Source of the DNA: a virus
Lineage: Duplodnaviria > Caudoviricetes
Virus record (IMG/VR): IMGVR_UViG_3300010965_000005
Span: 26,583-90,582 of that record
Reading direction: 5' to 3' (one strand)
DNA length: 64,000 bases
Positions 11,625 to 22,846 of this stretch are shown piece by piece (within the stretch, counting starts at the first letter, position 1; each line of letters begins with the position of its first letter). The position numbers and the translations under genes are program-made. Below the pieces are notes generated by a model, which saw only the letters and a list, made by a program, of their open reading frames with translations, was not told where the DNA came from and made no database searches.

Positions 11625-11956
11625 GCCAATGCTCTCACGATAGCCAAGAACAGCGCGTCCTTCTTGCGCTGAAACTCTGGCAAATCTGCATACGGGACCA
11701 TGCAGGGGTGGGTCTTTGCCACGGCGTCCTTGACCTCGCCATACACCCATCCGTCCGCGATCTTGTCTGCCATCCAATTGCTGTGCATATCTTCTGGCGT
11801 AGCGTCTGGGTATTTCAGCGCGTGTTGAACGCCGTTGATGGCGCTGTCAACTTGCCACTGGGGAGCCTGACCCCAGTGCAACGGGAATGAATCGCCATTT
11901 AGGTGACACCACACTTTGTTGGCCTCGTGGCATATGATTGCGATGTTTTCGATCAT
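11621..11956 (-). CDS. Mirror copy of RyR-domain protein
   Basis: Identical to 25463..25798. Confidence 0.7.
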   Translation of the reverse strand: MIENIAIICHEANKVWCHLNGDSFPLHWGQAPQWQVDSAINGVQHALKYPDATPEDMHSNWMADKIADGWVYGEVKDAVAKTHPCMVPYADLPEFQRKKDALFLAIVRALA

Positions 11957-12434
11957 TTCTTTTCCCTCAAGATAGTATTGCGCCGTTTCTTCAGAACTTC
12001 CCGCATGGTGCATCGCAACATCAACTGATATTTGATGCGATTGACCCGATCTGTGTCACCCGCCCATTGCGCGTCCTCTTTTGCGGCAACCAGCGTGTCT
12101 ATCACCTGCGACAGGCTGTTGGTTTCGCGGTTGATGTCGTCAATGTCGTACCCGACGCGGCCCAGTAACGACACCGCCTTGGCCCTCATGTCCCTACTGC
12201 TGGTTGCCACGGGCAGCCCTCAGTCCGCTGATGCGGCGCACGAGAATGCGCGCCATGCAGTATAGGATTCGGATTTCCTTGTGGATTTTCCATTTATCCG
12301 ATGCCTTGGCGGCGTAGGAAATTTCACGCTCCTGATTGTTGATCTGAGCCTTGACGTTGAGGTGCCGCGCGAGCAGCGCCCTAACATCGTCTTGCAATTC
12401 ACCCAAACGCTGCCTTGCCTCGGCGGTCATAGAT

Positions 12435-13199
12435 TTACTTGGCATCTTCAAACACCGCCGAGACGGGCATATCAGCCTGATTTTGATACTTGCCGTCATA
12501 GTATGCGTTGGCGGATGTCTGGTGAAAGATAACCTGTGCTATGCCAGCGCCCGCTGGCTGGTCGGATAATTCTTCAATCATTTTCGCAGCTTTCCTCATT
12601 ACATCTGGGTTGTCCTTGAACGATCCAAGTCCCCTGTTGCAGTGGGCGCACAAGATAAACCTGACGCGCCCACTTTTGTGACAATGATCAGTATTCCAGC
12701 CCGCCTTTGCGCCAGCGTCCTTGGATTCACAAATTGCGCACTTGCACCCTTGCGCCTCAAACATAGCCTGCCATCCTTCTGGAGTCATGCCATACTTGGC
12801 TTTCAACATAGACCTGCGTTTCTTCTCTGGGTCTGTATTTTTTCTTGCGTAATCACGAGAATATTCTCGGCTTTTTTCAAGGTTTTTGTAATAGTGCTTT
12901 TTTGACCTTTCCCTGCCACTTTTTGCTTTATCCTCTTCACTCATGCGCGGCCTGCACTTTCTTCCATCTGGCTTGCCTATGCCCTCGCGTTTTGCTTTGC
13001 GGCGACCTACGGTGCGCTTTAAATGGCAGGATACACACCAAGGGATATGCCCACGAATAAGTTTTGGGTTTTTATAGAACCCGCATTCTGGGGAATTAAC
13101 CCCGCAGTTGGCGCAGGTGTACTGTGCGTACACCCGCTTTTCATTTTCAATCAAAGATGGCTGGGGTGGGATCAGTTGATTGTCCTTGATATTTTCCAT
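12435..13199 (-). CDS. Mirror copy of endonuclease VII-type HNH homing endonuclease
   Basis: Identical to 24220..24984. Confidence 0.8.
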   Translation of the reverse strand: MENIKDNQLIPPQPSLIENEKRVYAQYTCANCGVNSPECGFYKNPKLIRGHIPWCVSCHLKRTVGRRKAKREGIGKPDGRKCRPRMSEEDKAKSGRERSKKHYYKNLEKSREYSRDYARKNTDPEKKRRSMLKAKYGMTPEGWQAMFEAQGCKCAICESKDAGAKAGWNTDHCHKSGRVRFILCAHCNRGLGSFKDNPDVMRKAAKMIEELSDQPAGAGIAQVIFHQTSANAYYDGKYQNQADMPVSAVFEDAK

Positions 13200-13641
13200 T
13201 GTAAGATGCCCGTTCTGATGTCTGGTGAAAGATCACTTGAGCTATCCCCGCTCCAGCAGGGATGTGTAGACCTTCCCGACCATGATATACAAGTTCAAGG
13301 GTAAGTCCACCGCAAAATCCACTTTCGATCACGGTGTTGAACACCGACAACCCCTGACGCGCCCATGTGCTTTTGTCATGCACCACGCCCACCAGATTTG
13401 GCGGCATCTGGAACTCTTCTATGGCGCTGGCAAGGGTGAAGTCGCCTTGTGAAAATTTACCGTCTACAATCACCCCTGACAGGTAGTCTTTATCTGGCTT
13501 GTAGAACACAACATCCTGCTTGATGCGGATGTCGTAACCAGCCTCGGACAGGCCGAAAGAGACGCCATGCTGGCGCATCTTGTCGTTGATCATGCCCTTG
13601 ATGGGCGCTACCTCAAGCAGGTGTCTGCCGTTGATGATCAT
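13147..13641 (-). CDS. dcd: Mirror copy of dCTP deaminase
   Basis: Identical to 23778..24272. Confidence 0.85.
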   Translation of the reverse strand: MIINGRHLLEVAPIKGMINDKMRQHGVSFGLSEAGYDIRIKQDVVFYKPDKDYLSGVIVDGKFSQGDFTLASAIEEFQMPPNLVGVVHDKSTWARQGLSVFNTVIESGFCGGLTLELVYHGREGLHIPAGAGIAQVIFHQTSERASYNGKYQGQSTDPTPAIFD

Positions 13642-15694
13642 TGCTTCAGCCCTTCCCGTGCGATGGCAGCCATGCGCTTTACTGTGGCAGTGCTGGTGGG
13701 CTTTTCCTCGTCAATGATACGTTGCAGGGCAATGTTCAGCTTGTCGGCGCGATCCAGCAGGCGGTGGATTTCATCTACGTGCCGTACGATCTCAAAACCC
13801 ATTCCTTGGGTCACTTCCGACAGGTGGTCCTTGTCGCGGTTAAGTTTGACCGCCTCTTCACGCAGCCGCTTGATTTCTTTCCACGGGTTCCAGATCATCA
13901 TTAACTCCTAAAAAATATCCCTGACGGTCCCCGACACGCCACAACGGCAATATCGTCATCAGGTCGCCACGGCATCAGCGAGACGCCGTGCGCGAATATC
14001 TCATATTATGGCTGTGGGGTCAACATATCAATCAGGCCTAGGCCGCGTCTTTCAGGGTCTGGGTCACGCTGTGGCCGCAGCTTGGGCATTTGTGGCATGG
14101 GATAACCTTCCCCGGCCCCCCAGCAGAGAACGTGCTGGCGCGTGTATCGTTGGGGAAATCTGGCATCCCCCCGACGTAGGTTTGGGCAGTGGCGATGCCC
14201 AGAACCATGTCAGTCTTGCACTTGCGGCAGATCATCTTGGCACCTCAACGATTCTGACACTTGGGACGCCATCCTTGATGTCCAACTGGATGATACCAAG
14301 GGCATCGCCAGAATATGCGCCCTTGAAGCGGTAAATGTCATCACGCCAGAATCCTGTCGGCCCAGTTGGATAGATCGCCGCCCAATGTGAAACCGTCACA
14401 GGGGCGGGCTTGCCACGGTATGCGAGCCGACCGATCCATTCTGGAAGGAAGGTTGTTTTCCAGCCCTCAGAGTTATAAACTTCCCACCCGTGCGGCCACG
14501 CCATCAGGGATGCCCGTTCCTCTTCTGTCAGCAATCCGTATGGGACACGATTCGTTGTTGGGTCAAAGTAACTCACTTCTCCATCTCCTCAAGATGCACC
14601 GTCGATACCCCATTGCAGGTGTCAACCCGCAAGACAGCGATGCGGTCACCATTGTGGCACTTGTCCGCTGCTTTCCTGTTTGAATGTCCGCGAGGCACCA
14701 GCCCATTTGGATAAACATTGAACCACTTTGATGTCACCACAGGCGCGGGCTTGCCACGGTAGACAGCCTGCATTGCCCAAGCTGGCCCGGGGGCTGGAAC
14801 CCATTCATCAACCCAACCTTTATGAAACTCCCACCCATGCGGCCAAGCCTTTAGCGCCTCTTGTTCCTCTGGGGTCAGCAGCCCAAACGGGATGCGGTTC
14901 GTTGTTGGATCAAATGTCATTCGTCATCCCCCAGCGTGTTGATGGATACATGATCATCTGCAACAACCAACACGCCGTCGATCTTTACCTGCACCCACGG
15001 GCTTCCGCAGCACCCGCAGCCTTTCACGCTGATCTGGATGCCGCGCTTCCGCAATTCTTCGCCCAATGCGTTTGTGTATGGAATGCTCATTTGTCATCCC
15101 CATTGATGATCTGGGTCACCATCACCCACGGCCAAATCATAGCGAACCAGATGGTGAGGGCAGCCGCCAGTGGCCGCTCGACCTTATAGGTGGCCTGCGT
15201 GTCATCAACGACCATGTCGAAGTTGATCAAGAGCCAAAAGACTGGCACGATGTAGGTCATGGCCCACAAGATAGTCCAGATGTTCATATCACTGTCCATC
15301 ATCAAATTCCTCCACGAAGCGGCGAATGCCTTCCATCGCCATTGCGGTTTCATCCTCGCCCTCAATCACATAGACGCGCGTCACGCCGCTGTAATCACCC
15401 ACGCCGATCACGGTGACGGTGTCACCATCAATGGTGGCGTTGCACAAAACTCGATTCATCGTCTTCCCCCCCCGACAATTGTCTCAGAACCATATTGTTG
15501 ATGATTTTCATCATAGACAGCATGGCCTGCGCCTCCCGCCCATTTCTAGAAAGTTCCATCGTCATTCCCACGGTGACGCTGCACAGCGCCGTGATCATGT
15601 CTTCTGGCGTCACATCAAGTTCGGACGCGCATTCCACTGCCGCGTTCTGGATGGCCACAACCAGCTTGACCCCATCATTTTCCATCAGATAATC

Positions 15695-17335
15695 CTAAAT
15701 GTTGTACAGCGGCTTCCCGCCATCATTGCCATGAAACGTCTTCGCGTCCTCAATCTCAGCCATTCTTTCGGGCGCTCTTGTGAGCATACCCATATCACGG
15801 AGGTGTTTCAAGCCCATTGAGACTGTATCCACAAGATCGTCATGCGCGCCACGGGGGAATGACGACACCTGGCGGATTACCATTTCGGCCCAGTCTTTGT
15901 TGGGCGCGTAGACCATCCCCTCGCTAAAAATGTGCTGGATTGAGTATAGGCGGGCCACCTTATCGAGGGTCTTGGGGTCATACATCTGGACAGAGAAATC
16001 CTCATTTCCGAACAGGCGTCGCATCTCCTGCGCCACGCTGTGTCCCGCTGCCTTGTTTTCGATCAGAAGTACATCGACCTTCATGCGCTTGCATATGTCG
16101 GCCACCTTCTCGGTCAGGTCATGCACCTCCAGCTTGCCCTGCCACGCATACATCAGCATAGCCTTCGGCACGGGGCCGAGGGATTCAGACTGAAAGCTGC
16201 GCGTGATGTCAATGCTGCGCCCGTATCGGTCCACCGACCGCGTGGCTGCCGAATCTGAACTGCCGCCGAACACGCCCCAGATCGTCAGGGCCGATGGGTC
16301 GTTCTCGGCCTTGGTGGTGTAGGCGGTGTCGAGGGATGCCACGATGTATTCGATCCCAGGGTATTCCGCCCGATCCCAAAGCTGCCACCACTCGTCCTTG
16401 ATGATCCCGCCGCCACGGGGTTCGGGGGACTGGTTGTATTGCCCGGCGGTCGCGTATGGACCCATTGCGGCCTCGTCCCGCTCGACCACGTGGAGTGGGA
16501 ACCGATCAGGGAACAGCAGTTCGCCATCCTCTTCGCGGGGATCGGCATAGCCCAGCCGCGTCGGGTGCGCCCGCAGCGGGTCATAGCGCATGGGCAGCAT
16601 GATGTGGTCATAACCCATGTCGTTGTCGAGGATGACGCCGCTGACGTCCTTCTCATGGAGGCGCTGCATCACCACCACGATGGCCGACTTGTCGGGGTTG
16701 TTCAGGCGCGAGGTCACGGCCTCCTTGAACAACTGCGTGACCGTAGTCCGTTTGGCATCGCTATTGGCATCGTCCACAGAGTGACAATCATCTACCAAAA
16801 TTCTGTCGCCGCGATACCCTGTCACAGATGTGAAAGCGCAAGCTTGACGCGATCCTGTTGCGGTCGTCTCAAACTTACCCTTGGCGTTCTGGTCGCCCAC
16901 TAGCTTTACGCGATCCCCCCAGTGGACCTGATACCAATCATCGGTCACAAGGCGGCGCATCCTCAAGCTGTCACGCAGCGCAAGTTCCAAAGAGTGCGAT
17001 GTGCAGACATATCGCATGGACGGCATATTCTGCGGACCCCATTCCCACGCGGGCCAGAACACCCCCACCAGAAGCGATTTCATGGTGCCAGGTGGCACGT
17101 TGATCAGGAGGCGGTTGTAGTAGGTGCCATCACCGTTCAGTTCGCCCCGCGTGATCGCTTCGAGGTGGGCGCAGATGAAGTCAATGTGCCACCCGTGGCA
17201 GTATGGCTGCTCAGGCTCAATGACGTGCCACGCGGCCTTCACAAACTCGGCCAGAGACAGTTCGCACTTCCGCTTCTCAATCAGCCTGCGCTGCGCCTTG
17301 GCGTCTATGCCACGGGGCAGGTTAATTACTGTCAT
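15695..17335 (-). CDS. terL: Mirror copy of terminase large subunit
   Basis: Identical to 20084..21724. Confidence 0.9.
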   Translation of the reverse strand: MTVINLPRGIDAKAQRRLIEKRKCELSLAEFVKAAWHVIEPEQPYCHGWHIDFICAHLEAITRGELNGDGTYYNRLLINVPPGTMKSLLVGVFWPAWEWGPQNMPSMRYVCTSHSLELALRDSLRMRRLVTDDWYQVHWGDRVKLVGDQNAKGKFETTATGSRQACAFTSVTGYRGDRILVDDCHSVDDANSDAKRTTVTQLFKEAVTSRLNNPDKSAIVVVMQRLHEKDVSGVILDNDMGYDHIMLPMRYDPLRAHPTRLGYADPREEDGELLFPDRFPLHVVERDEAAMGPYATAGQYNQSPEPRGGGIIKDEWWQLWDRAEYPGIEYIVASLDTAYTTKAENDPSALTIWGVFGGSSDSAATRSVDRYGRSIDITRSFQSESLGPVPKAMLMYAWQGKLEVHDLTEKVADICKRMKVDVLLIENKAAGHSVAQEMRRLFGNEDFSVQMYDPKTLDKVARLYSIQHIFSEGMVYAPNKDWAEMVIRQVSSFPRGAHDDLVDTVSMGLKHLRDMGMLTRAPERMAEIEDAKTFHGNDGGKPLYNI

Positions 17336-17864
17336 CGGTGGCCCCGAAGACCTTCTCCAGTGTCTCCAGTTCCTCAAGGGACAGGTTCGACACGTCGATG
17401 GTGTTCTGCACCTTGATCGGCGCGTCATCGACGCCCCCGATGAATGTCTTCTCGCCATATTTCTTGGGGTTCATGCGGCCCAGCGCCCACTTGCGCGAAT
17501 CAACCCGCAGCCTGCTTCGCTGGATATGCTCGCCATTCAGGATGACCGACGTCGGGTCATCGGCGTTCCGCAGCATGAAATCGTTGGTTCCATCGTCCGC
17601 AATATCGAGGATTTCCTCGAACATAGCATCGGCCCGCATCTGCATGGCGCGCGTGTATTGGTCAACTTTTTCAGGATTTGTGGAAAGAAACTTCATAAAG
17701 CCAGAAACAGTGGGCATATGATCATCTTTGCAAATAGTGCGGACGCTCTGGCCTTCGACCATGCGCTCACAAATCTCTAGAAACAATTCATCCGTAATTC
17801 TAATCACAGCCGCCACCTTCTGATTGGGTGACGGCAATGTAGCATTGAATCGGAAAAGTTTCAA
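17322..17864 (-). CDS. terS: Mirror copy of terminase small subunit
   Basis: Identical to 19555..20097. Confidence 0.7.
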   Translation of the reverse strand: MKLFRFNATLPSPNQKVAAVIRITDELFLEICERMVEGQSVRTICKDDHMPTVSGFMKFLSTNPEKVDQYTRAMQMRADAMFEEILDIADDGTNDFMLRNADDPTSVILNGEHIQRSRLRVDSRKWALGRMNPKKYGEKTFIGGVDDAPIKVQNTIDVSNLSLEELETLEKVFGATDDSN

Positions 17865-17951
17865 TGCGCGGCCTCAGTGCAGAAAGCAGACACGTCGCCG
17901 CGCTGCCGTGGATTGCGCCAACAAACGCGGCTCTCACGGCTTACCATGCGT

Positions 17952-18482
17952 TCAGCGCCGACGCGCCGCCGTCTTGATCGCCTCGGCGGTGGCGTAGGGG
18001 ACTGCCACCCTGCCGTTCTCGTAATTGATGACAGAGATCAGGGGAATCTTCAATGCCGTGGAGAAATCGCTGCGGGTCATCCCCATGTTGCTCCGCAGGG
18101 CCTTCAAGTCCCGTGCGGACATCCACGGCTCCACCATCTTCAGTCGCTGCAACTCGGCCCGCGTGATGCCCTCGCCCAGTTCTGTCAGAAAGTAAATCCG
18201 CTGGCTCGTATCGTTTGCATCGCCACGGGCCGCCATCAGCTTTTTACGAACCAAGAGCGACATTGCCACTGATGTCTGGCGGGAGGTCATTTCCAGTCGG
18301 CGGGACAACTCCACTGACGTCCACGGCAGGAATTCCTTGCGGCCCTTGTGCCAAAAGACTGACATGTTGTGCAACGCCTCGGCGTCAATCTGGCGGAACA
18401 TCCTGGAATTCAAGATGTCGCCCTCCATCGACTCCCGCAGCGCGTCCTCGTCGTAACTGTCAAAGTTGTTCATCATGTTCAT
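17952..18482 (-). CDS. Mirror copy of HTH DNA-binding protein
   Basis: Identical to 18937..19467. Confidence 0.55.
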   Translation of the reverse strand: MNMMNNFDSYDEDALRESMEGDILNSRMFRQIDAEALHNMSVFWHKGRKEFLPWTSVELSRRLEMTSRQTSVAMSLLVRKKLMAARGDANDTSQRIYFLTELGEGITRAELQRLKMVEPWMSARDLKALRSNMGMTRSDFSTALKIPLISVINYENGRVAVPYATAEAIKTAARRR

Positions 18483-18652
18483 TTCTTTCTCTCCATTGAG
18501 TGAGGCACCATGCCCCATAAGCGATCAGTATCATAGGCAATTGCCCCTAACAAGAACAAAATTGAGGGTGAAAGTGCCAAGAGTAGATTCCAAAATTTCA
18601 CCTACAGACATTTTACCCCTAAGCCTTTGATTTTTATAACTTTTATACATTG

Positions 18653-18766
<114 letters not shown>

Positions 18767-18936
18767 CAATGTATAAAAGTTATAAAAATCAAAGGCTTAG
18801 GGGTAAAATGTCTGTAGGTGAAATTTTGGAATCTACTCTTGGCACTTTCACCCTCAATTTTGTTCTTGTTAGGGGCAATTGCCTATGATACTGATCGCTT
18901 ATGGGGCATGGTGCCTCACTCAATGGAGAGAAAGAA

Positions 18937-19467
18937 ATGAACATGATGAACAACTTTGACAGTTACGACGAGGACGCGCTGCGGGAGTCGATGGAGGGCG
19001 ACATCTTGAATTCCAGGATGTTCCGCCAGATTGACGCCGAGGCGTTGCACAACATGTCAGTCTTTTGGCACAAGGGCCGCAAGGAATTCCTGCCGTGGAC
19101 GTCAGTGGAGTTGTCCCGCCGACTGGAAATGACCTCCCGCCAGACATCAGTGGCAATGTCGCTCTTGGTTCGTAAAAAGCTGATGGCGGCCCGTGGCGAT
19201 GCAAACGATACGAGCCAGCGGATTTACTTTCTGACAGAACTGGGCGAGGGCATCACGCGGGCCGAGTTGCAGCGACTGAAGATGGTGGAGCCGTGGATGT
19301 CCGCACGGGACTTGAAGGCCCTGCGGAGCAACATGGGGATGACCCGCAGCGATTTCTCCACGGCATTGAAGATTCCCCTGATCTCTGTCATCAATTACGA
19401 GAACGGCAGGGTGGCAGTCCCCTACGCCACCGCCGAGGCGATCAAGACGGCGGCGCGTCGGCGCTGA
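18937..19467 (+). CDS. Two-domain DNA-binding protein (winged helix plus XRE-type HTH)
   Basis: SD GGAGAG before ATG 18937. Central TSVELSRRLEMTSRQTSVAMSLLVRKKL resembles a wHTH. C-terminal LKALRSNMGMTRSDFSTALKIPLISVINYENGR is an XRE HTH pattern. Confidence 0.6.
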   Translation: MNMMNNFDSYDEDALRESMEGDILNSRMFRQIDAEALHNMSVFWHKGRKEFLPWTSVELSRRLEMTSRQTSVAMSLLVRKKLMAARGDANDTSQRIYFLTELGEGITRAELQRLKMVEPWMSARDLKALRSNMGMTRSDFSTALKIPLISVINYENGRVAVPYATAEAIKTAARRR

Positions 19468-19554
19468 ACGCATGGTAAGCCGTGAGAGCCGCGTTTGTTG
19501 GCGCAATCCACGGCAGCGCGGCGACGTGTCTGCTTTCTGCACTGAGGCCGCGCA

Positions 19555-20097
19555 TTGAAACTTTTCCGATTCAATGCTACATTGCCGTCACCCAATCAGA
19601 AGGTGGCGGCTGTGATTAGAATTACGGATGAATTGTTTCTAGAGATTTGTGAGCGCATGGTCGAAGGCCAGAGCGTCCGCACTATTTGCAAAGATGATCA
19701 TATGCCCACTGTTTCTGGCTTTATGAAGTTTCTTTCCACAAATCCTGAAAAAGTTGACCAATACACGCGCGCCATGCAGATGCGGGCCGATGCTATGTTC
19801 GAGGAAATCCTCGATATTGCGGACGATGGAACCAACGATTTCATGCTGCGGAACGCCGATGACCCGACGTCGGTCATCCTGAATGGCGAGCATATCCAGC
19901 GAAGCAGGCTGCGGGTTGATTCGCGCAAGTGGGCGCTGGGCCGCATGAACCCCAAGAAATATGGCGAGAAGACATTCATCGGGGGCGTCGATGACGCGCC
20001 GATCAAGGTGCAGAACACCATCGACGTGTCGAACCTGTCCCTTGAGGAACTGGAGACACTGGAGAAGGTCTTCGGGGCCACCGATGACAGTAATTAA
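19555..20097 (+). CDS. terS: Terminase small subunit (start codon uncertain)
   Basis: ITDELFLEICERMVEGQSVRTICKDDHMP ... RSRLRVDSRKWALGRMNPKKYGEK is the Sf6-like terS pattern; overlaps the terL start. Confidence 0.75.
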   Translation: MKLFRFNATLPSPNQKVAAVIRITDELFLEICERMVEGQSVRTICKDDHMPTVSGFMKFLSTNPEKVDQYTRAMQMRADAMFEEILDIADDGTNDFMLRNADDPTSVILNGEHIQRSRLRVDSRKWALGRMNPKKYGEKTFIGGVDDAPIKVQNTIDVSNLSLEELETLEKVFGATDDSN

Positions 20098-21724
20098 CCT
20101 GCCCCGTGGCATAGACGCCAAGGCGCAGCGCAGGCTGATTGAGAAGCGGAAGTGCGAACTGTCTCTGGCCGAGTTTGTGAAGGCCGCGTGGCACGTCATT
20201 GAGCCTGAGCAGCCATACTGCCACGGGTGGCACATTGACTTCATCTGCGCCCACCTCGAAGCGATCACGCGGGGCGAACTGAACGGTGATGGCACCTACT
20301 ACAACCGCCTCCTGATCAACGTGCCACCTGGCACCATGAAATCGCTTCTGGTGGGGGTGTTCTGGCCCGCGTGGGAATGGGGTCCGCAGAATATGCCGTC
20401 CATGCGATATGTCTGCACATCGCACTCTTTGGAACTTGCGCTGCGTGACAGCTTGAGGATGCGCCGCCTTGTGACCGATGATTGGTATCAGGTCCACTGG
20501 GGGGATCGCGTAAAGCTAGTGGGCGACCAGAACGCCAAGGGTAAGTTTGAGACGACCGCAACAGGATCGCGTCAAGCTTGCGCTTTCACATCTGTGACAG
20601 GGTATCGCGGCGACAGAATTTTGGTAGATGATTGTCACTCTGTGGACGATGCCAATAGCGATGCCAAACGGACTACGGTCACGCAGTTGTTCAAGGAGGC
20701 CGTGACCTCGCGCCTGAACAACCCCGACAAGTCGGCCATCGTGGTGGTGATGCAGCGCCTCCATGAGAAGGACGTCAGCGGCGTCATCCTCGACAACGAC
20801 ATGGGTTATGACCACATCATGCTGCCCATGCGCTATGACCCGCTGCGGGCGCACCCGACGCGGCTGGGCTATGCCGATCCCCGCGAAGAGGATGGCGAAC
20901 TGCTGTTCCCTGATCGGTTCCCACTCCACGTGGTCGAGCGGGACGAGGCCGCAATGGGTCCATACGCGACCGCCGGGCAATACAACCAGTCCCCCGAACC
21001 CCGTGGCGGCGGGATCATCAAGGACGAGTGGTGGCAGCTTTGGGATCGGGCGGAATACCCTGGGATCGAATACATCGTGGCATCCCTCGACACCGCCTAC
21101 ACCACCAAGGCCGAGAACGACCCATCGGCCCTGACGATCTGGGGCGTGTTCGGCGGCAGTTCAGATTCGGCAGCCACGCGGTCGGTGGACCGATACGGGC
21201 GCAGCATTGACATCACGCGCAGCTTTCAGTCTGAATCCCTCGGCCCCGTGCCGAAGGCTATGCTGATGTATGCGTGGCAGGGCAAGCTGGAGGTGCATGA
21301 CCTGACCGAGAAGGTGGCCGACATATGCAAGCGCATGAAGGTCGATGTACTTCTGATCGAAAACAAGGCAGCGGGACACAGCGTGGCGCAGGAGATGCGA
21401 CGCCTGTTCGGAAATGAGGATTTCTCTGTCCAGATGTATGACCCCAAGACCCTCGATAAGGTGGCCCGCCTATACTCAATCCAGCACATTTTTAGCGAGG
21501 GGATGGTCTACGCGCCCAACAAAGACTGGGCCGAAATGGTAATCCGCCAGGTGTCGTCATTCCCCCGTGGCGCGCATGACGATCTTGTGGATACAGTCTC
21601 AATGGGCTTGAAACACCTCCGTGATATGGGTATGCTCACAAGAGCGCCCGAAAGAATGGCTGAGATTGAGGACGCGAAGACGTTTCATGGCAATGATGGC
21701 GGGAAGCCGCTGTACAACATTTAG
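20084..21724 (+). CDS. terL: Terminase large subunit (likely start ATG 20084, MTVINLPRG)
   Basis: Walker A-like LINVPPGTMKS, Walker B ILVDD, QRLHEKD motif, RNase H-like nuclease SLDTAY ... LLIENKAAG ... HDDLVD. Confidence 0.95.
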   Translation: MTVINLPRGIDAKAQRRLIEKRKCELSLAEFVKAAWHVIEPEQPYCHGWHIDFICAHLEAITRGELNGDGTYYNRLLINVPPGTMKSLLVGVFWPAWEWGPQNMPSMRYVCTSHSLELALRDSLRMRRLVTDDWYQVHWGDRVKLVGDQNAKGKFETTATGSRQACAFTSVTGYRGDRILVDDCHSVDDANSDAKRTTVTQLFKEAVTSRLNNPDKSAIVVVMQRLHEKDVSGVILDNDMGYDHIMLPMRYDPLRAHPTRLGYADPREEDGELLFPDRFPLHVVERDEAAMGPYATAGQYNQSPEPRGGGIIKDEWWQLWDRAEYPGIEYIVASLDTAYTTKAENDPSALTIWGVFGGSSDSAATRSVDRYGRSIDITRSFQSESLGPVPKAMLMYAWQGKLEVHDLTEKVADICKRMKVDVLLIENKAAGHSVAQEMRRLFGNEDFSVQMYDPKTLDKVARLYSIQHIFSEGMVYAPNKDWAEMVIRQVSSFPRGAHDDLVDTVSMGLKHLRDMGMLTRAPERMAEIEDAKTFHGNDGGKPLYNI

Positions 21725-21733
21725 GATTATCTG

Positions 21734-21991
21734 ATGGAAAATGATGGGGTCAAGCTGGTTGTGGCCATCCAGAACGCGGCAGTGGAATGCGCGTCCGAAC
21801 TTGATGTGACGCCAGAAGACATGATCACGGCGCTGTGCAGCGTCACCGTGGGAATGACGATGGAACTTTCTAGAAATGGGCGGGAGGCGCAGGCCATGCT
21901 GTCTATGATGAAAATCATCAACAATATGGTTCTGAGACAATTGTCGGGGGGGGAAGACGATGAATCGAGTTTTGTGCAACGCCACCATTGA
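21734..21991 (+). CDS. Hypothetical protein (85 aa)
   Basis: SD AGGA before ATG; directly follows terL. Confidence 0.55.
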   Translation: MENDGVKLVVAIQNAAVECASELDVTPEDMITALCSVTVGMTMELSRNGREAQAMLSMMKIINNMVLRQLSGGEDDESSFVQRHH

Positions 21992-22130
21992 TGGTGACAC
22001 CGTCACCGTGATCGGCGTGGGTGATTACAGCGGCGTGACGCGCGTCTATGTGATTGAGGGCGAGGATGAAACCGCAATGGCGATGGAAGGCATTCGCCGC
22101 TTCGTGGAGGAATTTGATGATGGACAGTGA
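21960..22130 (+). CDS. Hypothetical protein (56 aa, not in ORF track)
   Basis: Hand translation MNRVLCNATIDGDTVTVIGVGDYSGVTRVYVIEGEDETAMAMEGIRRFVEEFDDGQ*; fills the gap to the next gene. Confidence 0.5.
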   Translation: MNRVLCNATIDGDTVTVIGVGDYSGVTRVYVIEGEDETAMAMEGIRRFVEEFDDGQ

Positions 22131-22131
22131 T

Positions 22132-22332
22132 ATGAACATCTGGACTATCTTGTGGGCCATGACCTACATCGTGCCAGTCTTTTGGCTCTTGATCAACTTC
22201 GACATGGTCGTTGATGACACGCAGGCCACCTATAAGGTCGAGCGGCCACTGGCGGCTGCCCTCACCATCTGGTTCGCTATGATTTGGCCGTGGGTGATGG
22301 TGACCCAGATCATCAATGGGGATGACAAATGA
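22132..22332 (+). CDS. Small membrane protein
   Basis: MNIWTILWAMTYIVPVFWLLI...LAAALTIWFAMIWPWVMV, two hydrophobic segments. Confidence 0.5.
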   Translation: MNIWTILWAMTYIVPVFWLLINFDMVVDDTQATYKVERPLAAALTIWFAMIWPWVMVTQIINGDDK

Positions 22333-22502
22333 GCATTCCATACACAAACGCATTGGGCGAAGAATTGCGGAAGCGCGGCATCCAGATCAGCGTGAAAGGC
22401 TGCGGGTGCTGCGGAAGCCCGTGGGTGCAGGTAAAGATCGACGGCGTGTTGGTTGTTGCAGATGATCATGTATCCATCAACACGCTGGGGGATGACGAAT
22501 GA
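22329..22502 (+). CDS. Hypothetical 57-aa protein with GCGCCGSP motif (not in ORF track)
   Basis: ATGA overlaps at both ends; MSIPYTNALGEELRKRGIQISVKGCGCCGSPWVQVKIDG... Confidence 0.55.
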   Translation: MSIPYTNALGEELRKRGIQISVKGCGCCGSPWVQVKIDGVLVVADDHVSINTLGDDE

Positions 22503-22846
22503 CATTTGATCCAACAACGAACCGCATCCCGTTTGGGCTGCTGACCCCAGAGGAACAAGAGGCGCTAAAGGCTTGGCCGCATGGGTGGGAGTTTCATAAA
22601 GGTTGGGTTGATGAATGGGTTCCAGCCCCCGGGCCAGCTTGGGCAATGCAGGCTGTCTACCGTGGCAAGCCCGCGCCTGTGGTGACATCAAAGTGGTTCA
22701 ATGTTTATCCAAATGGGCTGGTGCCTCGCGGACATTCAAACAGGAAAGCAGCGGACAAGTGCCACAATGGTGACCGCATCGCTGTCTTGCGGGTTGACAC
22801 CTGCAATGGGGTATCGACGGTGCATCTTGAGGAGATGGAGAAGTGA
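22499..22846 (+). CDS. Hypothetical protein, paralog A
   Basis: Coupled by ATGA overlap; N-terminal half similar to the next gene. Confidence 0.65.
   Translation: MTFDPTTNRIPFGLLTPEEQEALKAWPHGWEFHKGWVDEWVPAPGPAWAMQAVYRGKPAPVVTSKWFNVYPNGLVPRGHSNRKAADKCHNGDRIAVLRVDTCNGVSTVHLEEMEK

Larger units (their letters stand above)
9976..15685 (-). other. Mirror copy of the small accessory gene cluster (21734..27443)
   Basis: ORFs are exact mirrors of the + arm cluster. Confidence 0.85.
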
